From Selaginella moellendorffii (taxonomy: Eukaryota; Plantae; Lycopodiophyta): 64,000 bases of DNA. This document shows, piece after piece, positions 13,201 through 22,591 of the stretch. Position 1 is the first letter of the stretch, and each line of letters begins with the position of its first letter. Location: positions 854,091 through 918,090 of the forward strand of contig NW_003314279.1 of the NCBI RefSeq assembly GCF_000143415.4. The letters are read 5' to 3'. The position numbers and the translations under genes were made by a program. The notes under the pieces are model-generated. The model was not told where the DNA came from, did not search any database, and saw only the letters and a program-made list of their open reading frames with translations.

Positions 13201-13947
13201 TTATGGCTAAGCAAGGACAAGGTCCTTGTGAAATTAAGGAATAAGGTTCCTAGTTCAAAATGTTGATTTAAACTGTTGATGGTGGTGGGGCTTGGTCAAG
13301 GTGACTAAGTGGGAAGAACACCTAAGGGTAAAAAACTATGTCAATGTGATGGCATAGTAAGTCCGAGAAAAGTAGTCTCTATAAAAGATCCATGGGAGGG
13401 TCTCAAAGTTGAGCCGTGGATAGAGCCTATAGCAGAAAATGTTAAAGAGACGTACTAGGGGTGAACCCCCTCTAGACTTGGCAAAGCAAAGTCGTTGCTC
13501 TGGAACCGAAAGGATACCTCAAAAATGGAGGTAGCGATCCTATGTTGTTGGTGTAAGGAACCGACTCCCCGAGATGTTGTAGGCTAAAGGATCCCCGAAA
13601 GCATGACCGAAATGACAAAGAGTTCATCGGATGGGACCGAGTCGAAGATCGAGTCCAAGACCGACTCAGAGACCGAGTTCGAGATAGAGTCCGGGATCGA
13701 GCCGAGGCCGAATCGGAGACTGAGTTTGAGACCGAGTTCAAGACAGAGTCCGAGATTCAAATCAGGTCCAAGACCGAATTCGAGGTCGAGTCCGAAGTCG
13801 AGTCCGAGATCGGGTCCGAGATCAGGTCTGAGATTGAGTCCGAAATCGAGTCCGAGACCGAGTCCAAAGTCGGGTCCGAGATCAAGTCCGAGATCGATTC
13901 TGAGACTAAGACTAAGTCCAAATACTAATACAGCTCAAGGGGTGAAA

Positions 13948-14047
13948 NNNNNNNNNNNNNNNNNNNNNNNNNNNNNNNNNNNNNNNNNNNNNNNNNNNNN
14001 NNNNNNNNNNNNNNNNNNNNNNNNNNNNNNNNNNNNNNNNNNNNNNN
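13948..14047. other. Assembly gap (100 N) within the A2 5' LTR
   Basis: Run of N. The equivalent stretch of the 3' LTR is a G-tract of only about 50 bp. Confidence 0.97.
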
Positions 14048-14663
14048 AAGTATAGTAGGGATAGTGAGGTCCAAGAACCAATCTTGAAAGAACTCTCCAG
14101 TGGTGCTTCCAAACTGACTTGAGGTTGAGACTGGGGCCGAGGGGCCTTGGGTGGGAGTGAGCATGGGCTTGGGTGGTGCCGGAGGGGCCACCCAGGGAAG
14201 TGCTCAAGAGCAGCTCCCACTCCCGAAAGGGAAACCGATTGCGGTGCTCCCGACTCATGTGGAGTGGTGCCCCACTTGAGTACCTTGTGGCTCATTGGTC
14301 CTCGCCCTTTCTATGGGCTTGGGCCTTCCCTTCAAGATGGAAGTGGGGGGGTAGAGGTACCCATACCGGGCCATTAAGCCACAGTGTTTCGCCCCGACGT
14401 CCCGAAGCAAGTGCTACACCTAAGGCTTGGGATTTAGAGGGTCCCATGATCAAGTCTTGTGGTACCAAGGGGTGTAAGGAATCTGGAGGCTTGGTGTGCT
14501 TGCCTGCTTATGCCTGCAGGGAGTGTAGCCGAACCTTAAGTCCAGTCTAACCTGGGGAGGGGGATTGGGAGAGATTTGGGAATCCGTAGATGGATGGCTA
14601 ACACTCCGTTGCTCATGTAGTGAGTAGCTGAAACCAAGTAGAACCAAGTAGGCCAGAGCCAAT

Positions 14664-17600
14664 ATGGCCATCAAATCGGGTGAAGTCCAAACTGAGGTAT
14701 GTGATCCAGTCCCTAACTCAAAGTTACTCATTACACGAGCAACTTTGGTAGAGAGTCGTTCGCGACATTTACTAGCCCTCCGAGGAAAGCTCGGAGGTAG
14801 CTTTGTTAAGATCCTTATTGACACGGGTGCTTCGGATAATTTTGTGGCTGCAGACATAGTCTGGCACGCCGTACTAACGGTGCAGCGGCTAGGCGAACCA
14901 AGGACTATAGAGTTTGTTCAAGGTAGCCAAAGCACTGATGAGGTACTTCGACAAGCGAAGTCGAAGTAGGGACATGGAAAGTGGACATGGATTTCACCAT
15001 GTTGGACATGGCGGGATTTGACGTGATCTACTGGCGAATGCCCAAGGAAAAAGATCTAGGGTGGAGGCCCAGGATCTAAAGGTAGAGCAAAACAAGGCCA
15101 AAGAATCCTGCTTAAACCTGGTGTCCACGAGAGGACAACTCACTAAAGGAACTAAGGTAGCATTTTTGTGCTTACTCTCGGTGAAGAGTGACAAAAAGAT
15201 AGGAATGGAAGAAGTACCTTTAGTGATCCAATGGGTGTTTGACCAATTCCAGGATACCATGCCGGAGGAGTTACCGGCGGGGTTGCCCCCCGCACGACCG
15301 ATAGAACATAAGATTGAGCTGGTCGAGGGTGTTGAGGCGGTGGTTTGTCCCCCCTATCATTTCAACGAGAAAGAACTCGAGGAGCTCAAGCGCCAACTAG
15401 AGGAGTTGGTGGTCAAAGGGTATGTTAGGTTGAGCAAATCACCGTATGGGGCGCCGGTGTTATTTGTGAAAAAGAAAGATGGATCTATGCGCATGTGCAT
15501 AGACTACCGATTGCTCAACAAGTATACAAAGAAGAACAAGTACCCTTTGCCCAGGATTGAGGACCTGTTCGATAGGTTGGGAAAGGCAAAATACTTCTCG
15601 AGGATTGACCTAAGGTCAGGGTACTACCAGATCAGGGTAGCCGAGGAGGATGTCGAGAAGACAACCTGTCGAACGAGGTATGGGAGCTTTGAGTTTCTAG
15701 TGATGCCCTTCGGGCTATGCAATGCGCCGAAAACGTTTTCGGTGCTGATGAACCACATCTTTGTACCTTATCTGGATCACTTCATGGTCGTCTATATCGA
15801 CGACATCCTGATCTATAGCGAGACGCTAGAGGAGCATGCCGAACACTTGGCGAAGGTGTTTGAGAAACTAAGGGAACACAAACTATATGCTAAAGAGAGC
15901 AAATGTGACTTTGCTCAACAAGAGGTAAAGTTTCTTGGGCATGTGGTAGGCCAGGACGGGCTCAAGGTGGACCCGGAGAAGGTCCAAGCGATCCAGGAAT
16001 GGGAGCGACCATCGAATGTACATGAGTTGAGGGCGTTCTTGGGGCTATGCAACTACTATCGAAAGTTTATCAGACACTATTCGAAAGTAGCCCTGCCCTT
16101 AACGGACCAAACAGGAAAAGGGAAGATGGTATGGACAGCAGAATGCGAGGCGACATTCATCCACCTCAAAGGGAAGTTGAGGAAGGCTCCTGTATTGGCA
16201 TTACCAGACTTTGGTAAGGACTTTGAGGTAGAAACTGATGCTTCGGACTTTGCGTTGGGCGCAGTTTTGAAGCAAGACAACCATCCAGTAGCGTTCTTCT
16301 CGAAGAAGTTGGACAAAGCTCAAAGGAAGTGGCCTGCCCACGAGAAAGAATTGTTTGCAGTGGTCAAGGTGCTCAAGGAGTGGCAACACTACCTTGGGAG
16401 ACACTTCAAGGTTTATACGGACAATGTGGCAACGAAACACTTCTTGTCACAGCCCGACTTGAGAGGGAAACAAGGTCGATGGGCCAATGCCTTGGCCGAG
16501 TTTGATTGCGAGATTCTGTACAAGCCTGGGAAGAGCAACATCGTGGCGGATGCGCTAAGTCGAAAAGCGAGCTTGAGGTTGGCGATATCCAGCGCAACAG
16601 CAACCTTTTGGGACGATGTGCGGACAGCATATGAGAACGATGGTCTAGCACAAGAAGTGTTGCTGAGGAATCTAGAGGCACGGGAAGCTCACCAGAGAGG
16701 AGAGCTGCCAACGAAAGAGAAAACGGGCTATGCGGAACGCAACGGACTCATCTATTACAAGCAAACGAGGGTGTATGTTCCAGAAGGGGAACTAAGGAAG
16801 GTAGCCTTAGAAGAGTGTCATGATGGACCTCTTGCGGGACACGGTAGAGTGCCCAAGACGATGGGCTTACTCAAGAGGAAGTACCATTGGTCAGATATGC
16901 CTAAGGACGTCCAAGACTATATAAAGACATGTCCAACATGTCAGCAGGTCAAAGCCGTGACTAAGGCTAGTGGGGGCTTGTTGCAAAGCATCCCAACTCC
17001 AGATCATCCGTGGAAGTGTCTTACTATGGACTTCATCACGGGACTTCCCCCAAGCGAGGGGTTTGATGTGATATTCGTGGTGGTGGACCGATTTTCAAAA
17101 ATGGCACATTTCATACCCACCACAACGGAGGTGGATGTGGAAGGTGTGGCGAAGCTATTCTTTGAACAAGTGGTTCGAGTGCAGGGAAGACTGGAAGAGA
17201 TCATCTCAGATCAAGATAAGATCTTCACCAGTAGGTTCTGGAGGACTCTCTTGGAACAGTATCGCACCAAGTTGAAATTCAGCACAGCCTATCACCCACA
17301 GACAGGTATGGGGTATTAAGTCAAGTTTGTTGGCACTAACACTTCTTGACAGACGGACAAACGGAAAGGGTGAATAGGCAGCTGGAGGATTATTTGCGAT
17401 GCTATGTCTCGGGAGACCAGACCGATTGGGTAAGTCATTTGGGACTTGCGGAAATGTGTTATAACAACTCACCACATTCGAGTATCAGGGTGAGTCCATG
17501 GGAAATCATCAATGGGCGAGCTATTGAAAGTCCTGTGGAACTCGGCATGGCCGAGTATCATGGAGAGTTACCTGCAGTGGAGGCATTCACAGCGGAAAGA

Positions 17601-18204
17601 CTCAGCATTTGGAATCTAGTGAGGGATTCCTTGGAACGGGCTCAACAAAGGCAAACCAAATACGCGAACCAGAAGCGTCGGGATGTAGAGTTCCAAGCTA
17701 GGGAGAAGGTGTGGTTGAACACCAAGAACCTCAGGCTACCAAGTGGGATCAGCCGAAAGTTGACCCAAAGGTAAAAATGCATGTATTCCTGAAAATGAAT
17801 TGATCTTGAGTTCCGTAAGCAGGTTTGCGGGGCCTTACGAGATTGAAGCACGAATCGGTAAAGTGGCTTACCAACTCCGACTTCCTCGAGAGATGGGGAA
17901 GATGCACCTAGTGTTTCACGTGAACTTACTCAAGCCATACTTTGAGGATCCGCTTCGCAAGGACCAAGTGAGACCTTTAGCTGAGGTTATCCAAGGGGAA
18001 GAGGAATACGAAGTCGAGGCTATCCTCAATGCGCGCAAGAGCAAGCGACAAGGACGCGAGGTGAGAGAGTTCCATGTGAAGCGGAAAGGATTTCCACACT
18101 GCAAAGCAAAATGGGAACCGGAGGAGAACCTAGCGAACGCGCGAGATCTAGTGGAGGAATTTCTACAAGGTAGAACTCTATATACTTATGCAAAATTCAA
18201 TTAA
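14664..18204 (+). CDS. A2 Pol (protease frameshifted; RT-RNase H-integrase-chromodomain open after removing two introns)
   Basis: LIDTGAS protease; YIDD RT; TDAS and ADALSR RNase H; H-H-C-C zinc finger, MDF and ISDQD integrase; spliced HPQTD|GQTERVN and KLTQR|FAGPY; chromodomain EEYEVEAIL...WEPEENL. Segments 15061-17305, 17353-17770, 17823-18204. Confidence 0.9.
17306..17352 (+). other. Predicted spliceosomal intron 1 in integrase (47 nt)
   Basis: GTATGG...CACTAAC...TTGACAG; removal gives CAC CCA CAG ACA G|AC GGA CAA ACG GAA = HPQTDGQTE. Confidence 0.85.
17771..17822 (+). other. Predicted spliceosomal intron 2 in integrase (52 nt)
   Basis: AG|GTAAAA...TAAGCAG|G; removal gives KLTQRFAGPY (GPY/F motif). 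Confidence 0.85.
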
Positions 18205-18607
18205 AAATATCAATTTGCGAAGTTGAGCAAGAGGCATGTGTTGGGACCCGAAGGCGCGTTGAAGGTAAGCTAATTAGCATGGGTTAGCTAGGTCGACCAG
18301 GCGTAGGGCACTACACCCGACTCCCCACGGGGATGTCGAATCTGTAGACATATTCTATGGAGGTTGGGTTCAAGTCCCAACCCTCTAGTAAAGCAAGGCT
18401 GGGTTCAAGTCCCGACCCTATACTAGGGCGTGATGAGGTGAGGAGTATAGGGACAACTATACTCTGTTGTCATGAGCTCTTGGCCGGGGAGGCTAACTTA
18501 GGCACACCACTAAGTGGGGGGATGCCCCCGAAGACATGGTCAACAAGTCGTAGGATAAAAAGAGACGTTCGATGTGGGCATCGAACTTCTTCTATGGGTG
18601 GTGGAGT

Positions 18608-19758
18608 TGTAAGGAACCGACTCCCCGAGATGTCGTAGGCTAAAGGATCCCCAAAAGCATGACCGAAATGACAAAGAGTTCATCGGATGGGACCGAGTCG
18701 AAGATCGAGTCCAAGACCGACTCAGAGACCGAGTTCGAGATAGAGTCCGGGATCGAGCCAAGGCCGAATCGGAGACCGAGTTCGAGACCGAGTTTGAGAC
18801 CGAGTTCGAGACAGAGTTCGAGATCCAAATCGGATCCGAGACCGAGTCCGAGGTTGAGTCCGAAGTCGAGTCCGAGATCGGGTCCGAGATCGAGTCCGAA
18901 ATCGAGTCCGAGACTGAGTCCGAAGTCGGGTCCGAGATCGAGTCTGAGATCGATTCTGAAACTAAGTCCAAATACTAATACAGCTCAAGGGGTGAAAGCC
19001 CAAAGCATGCGTCTCCCAAGGGGGGGGGGGGGCTGCAGGGGGTTCCAAAAGTATAGTAGGGATAGTGAGGTCTAGGAACCAGTCTTGAAGGAACTCTCCA
19101 GTGGTGCTTCCAAACTGACTTGAGGTTGAGACTGGGGCCGAGGGGCTTTGGGTGGGAGTGAGCATGGGCTTGGGTGGTGCCGGAAGGGCCACCCAAGGAA
19201 GTGCTCAAGAGTAGCTCCCACTCCCAAAAGGGAAACCGACTACAGTGCTCCCGGCTCATGTGGAGTGGTGCCCCACTTAAGTGCCTTGTGGCTCATTGGT
19301 CCTCGCCCTTCCTAGGGGCTTGGGCCTTCCCTTTGGGATGGAAGTGGGGGGGGTAGAGGTACCCATACCGGGCCATTAGGCCACGGTGTTTCGCCCAGAT
19401 GTCCCGAAGCAAGTGCTGCACCCAAGGCTTGGGATTTAGAGGGTCCCATGATCAAGTCTTGTGATACCAAGGGGTGTTAGGAATCTGGAGGCTTGGTGTG
19501 CTTGGCTGCTTGTGCCTGTGGGGAGTGTAGCCGAACCTTAAGTCTAGTCTAACCCGGGGAGGGGGATTGGGAGAGATTTGGAAATCCGTAGATGGATGGC
19601 TAACACTCCGTTGCTCGTGCAGTGAGTAGCTGAAACCAAGTAGGAGCTGGTACTATAGGGGAGGACCTTGGCGAGGGAACTTAGCACAAGCCAAGGCAGA
19701 TTTGGCCTGATAGACGAGGTAAGCTGGCAAATTGGAAAGGAAAAATTTGTGGCTTACA
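18608..19758 (+). repeat. Family A 3' LTR of A2
   Basis: Follows the PPT; TGTAAG...CTTACA; followed by the TSD. Confidence 0.95.
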
Positions 19759-20507
19759 GTTGGGTGCAACAATCAAGGATAGGAGCAAAAGACTAGTGGC
19801 TAAGAAAAAAGCTGTGGGAATCATGAGAAACAATCCAAATGGCAAAGTTAGGCATGGAACACTAATGTGTTGGATGCTAACGGGTTGTGAGAAAGGAAGT
19901 GTTCTTCCAAGGATGGATTCCCAATTGCTCCAAGTTGGCAAAGGTGAAAGCTCCAAGAGAGGGAGCGGCAAAGTAGCCAAATGATAGAGCCGTGGACAGC
20001 TCTAGCACAACTTACGATAGCTAGAACTTAGTACCAAGGGTGGCACAAAATAGAAAGGAGGATGATGGTGCCCTCAAATAGAGAACTTCCAAGGATGAGG
20101 AAGTGGAGTTTGCACAATTTATGCAATGAAAAGTGTCGAGGACACCTAGGAAATTGACTTTGGGAAGTCAAGACTAAAAGTTCCAAAGTGCAAAGGTTAT
20201 GTCGATAGAATCTGAGACTACTTAAGAATGAGTAGTGGAATTGAGTTAGAGAAGGTGTCTCTAACCAGTTTAGTGAGAGCTAAACTAATAAAATGAGAGA
20301 ACCACCACAAATGGTCAAATGAGCCTTTAAGTTGGAGAGGCTATGCTCCTTAAAGGATGGACAAAGCATGGTGAGCCTTTGGTGTCAAACCATAGACAAA
20401 TATTGGCTAGGTGCCAAGGATGGAAATGGTAATACATACAAGTGTTACTTTATAAAAGGGTTTACCGTTCGATGAGGACATCGAACTTCGTCTATGGGTG
20501 GTGGAGT

Positions 20508-22591
20508 TGTGAGACACAAAATCCCTAGGCCCCAAAGTGGAGCCGAAAGGCTGCCATATGGTAGTGGCCGAAGCAAAAGCCAAACAAGCATAACACGTTT
20601 GGACTAAAAGCTCCGACTTGAAAGGTCGAGAGCGGGAGTGGAACTCCCAATGACGTGCTCAAGGAACAAGCATGGAGCAAGCAATAAGTGAGTCTCTAAA
20701 AAAGGGACACAAGAGGATCCGAGATGGAGTCTGAGATGGACCAAGCTGGAGTCCAAGATGGACCCGAGATGGAGTCCGAGATGGAGTCTAATATGGACCG
20801 AGATGGAGTCCGAGATGGACCCGAGTTGAAGTCCGAAATGGAGTCCGAGATAGACTGAGATGGGGTCTGAGATAGACCCGAGTTAGAGTCCGAGATGGAG
20901 TCCGAGATGGACCCGAGATGGAGTCTGAGATGGAGTCCGAGTGGAGTCTGAGATGGACTGAGATGGAGTCCGAGATTGTTAGGCACCAGGTCAGGATAAT
21001 AGGATAAAGAAAGGGCCCTACAATCAAGTGATCACCCCTTTAGCCAGTTGGTTTATGGCTTAAGGGATAGGATCCTAACATTGGTATCGGAGCCTAGTTC
21101 AATTCTGGGGCAAGAATATTCTGAAGGAATATTCAACATGGTGGATCTAGAGGGAGAACCAAGGTTTGGTAGACCCTAAGAGAATGACCATGGTGACTTG
21201 ATGGTGGCCTAAGTATGATCGCGGATGGTCATTCCTTGACGAGGGGCAAGAATATTCTAAAGGAATATTCAACATGGTGGATCTAGAGGGAGAACCAAAG
21301 TTTGGTAGACCCTAAGAGAAGGACCATGGTGACCAGATGGTGGCCTAAGTATGATCGCGGACGATCATTCCCTGACGAGGCCCCTGGGGGAGGATTGTTA
21401 GGCACCAGGTCAGGATAATAGGATAAGGAAAGGGCCCTGCAATCAAGTGATCACCCCTTTAGCCAGTTGGCTTAGGGTGTAAGGGATAGGATCCTAATAT
21501 TGGTATCAGAGCTCAGTTCGATTCTCGTGGCTGACAAGTGGGGCAGGAATATTCTAAAGGAATATTCAACATGGTGGATCTAGAGGGAGAACCAAGGTTT
21601 GGTAGACCCTAAGAGAAGGACCATGGTGACCAGATGGTGGCCTAAGTATGATCGCGGACGATCATTCCCTGACGAGGGGGAGGACTGCAGTGGAGCCAGT
21701 TTGGCCAGTTTGGCCCAGGAAGGCTGTACCCAATGTTGGGTGATGAGCTGCCCATTGGGAAGTCCAAGACTAGAGTGAACGCGGACCAACAAACAAGGTA
21801 GCTTGGTGAAGTGTTCAAGAGCCGGCTCTAGTTCCTCCGGGAGATCGATTGGCCGATGCTCCCAGTCCAAGTGTGGTTGGCACTACCTACTTGGATACCT
21901 GGTGTGGCTCAACAGAACCTCGCTCTAAACCCATGGCTAGAGCACCCAAAGGCAGAAGGTGGGGAGAGTACCCATGAGGCTCGCGTAAGGCTGCGGTGTT
22001 CTGAAATGCTGCCCCAAAGTCCCAGACTGTGAAAAGGAGGAGGAGCTATCCTCTAGTGTAGAGACCAAGGATACGGTCATGTGAGGAGGTAGTCCTAGAG
22101 GACCAAGGGACTTAGTGGTTGGGCTTGTGGGCCTTGATCTAGTGGTAGTGTTAGTGAACATGGCCATAGACAAAAAAGGACTTGGTGGGGACTGGAAAAG
22201 GGATATTGGGGAAGGCTAATCCCCATGTCTGTGGGCATCCTAAGGATGTTAGGGAGTGGATCGAGGATGATCACTAATGGATGGATGGCCCAATCTTTAA
22301 GAGATGGGATTGTGATGCAAGTGGTGTTAAACCACCGGTGTGACCAAGGTGAAGGGGCATGGCCTTAGCATAACAGGCTGATATGTCGATGGTACCTTGG
22401 GGTGTCGGTCATGAGATCAAACACGTGGAGCACTTGGACCAAGTGCAAAGGTTGAGTGGCAGGGGTGCTATTCTCAAGGCTAGCAAGCCCAAGTCCAAAA
22501 TAGGACTTATGGAGGTTGTGAGTGAGACTCCTCCAAGTGGTCGAAAGTCGATGGTTAAGTGACTAAAATAAAATGGAAAAATTAATCGGTT
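20508..22591 (+). repeat. Family B 3' LTR, interrupted by a TRIM array
   Basis: Follows the PPT; matches 8783-10226 on both sides of the 20977-21680 insertion. Confidence 0.88.
20977..21680 (+). mobile_element. Second TRIM family as a tandem array (LTR-internal-LTR-internal)
   Basis: 104-bp LTRs 20977-21080 and 21396-21499 (TGTTAGG...CCTAACA/CCTAATA), each followed by a TGGTATCRGAGC PBS; PPT GGGGGAGGA; ~136-bp internal unit present three times. Confidence 0.88.

Larger units (their letters stand above)
13552..19758 (+). mobile_element. Ty3/gypsy chromovirus family A, copy A2, with intact TSD and an internal U5/PBS/gag deletion
   Basis: TSD GTTGG at 13547-13551 and 19759-19763; LTRs 13552-~14650 and 18608-19758; long pol ORF; PPT 18594-18607. 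Confidence 0.95.
8783..22591 (+). mobile_element. Large non-coding LTR element (LARD-like, family B) inserted just after the YIDD codons of A1
   Basis: 5' LTR 8783-10229; PBS TGGTATCGTAGC 10233-10244; ~4 kb internal region with no recognisable gag/pol; PPT ATGGGTGGTGGAGT; 3' LTR 20508-22591 (last 3 nt and TSD lost in a deletion). Confidence 0.85.

Noticed and set aside
15020-15035. ~63-bp gap in the A2 protease region relative to A1 as a spliced-out intron
   Set aside because: The missing segment encodes the conserved GMDW motif and lacks GT-AG ends, so it is a deletion.
18170-18235. Possible third pol intron after the chromodomain (CAAG|GTAGAA)
   Set aside because: No clear acceptor or conserved protein motif to anchor it; the donor is GC in A1.
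21369-21395. CTGACGAG as a possible hammerhead ribozyme core (retrozyme)
   Set aside because: No GAAA follows a stem II, and stems I/III could not be built.
21501-21526. GTTCGATTC after the TRIM PBS as a tRNA gene or B-box (also ~7941)
   Set aside because: Explained largely by extended complementarity to the initiator tRNA-Met 3' end; no cloverleaf.
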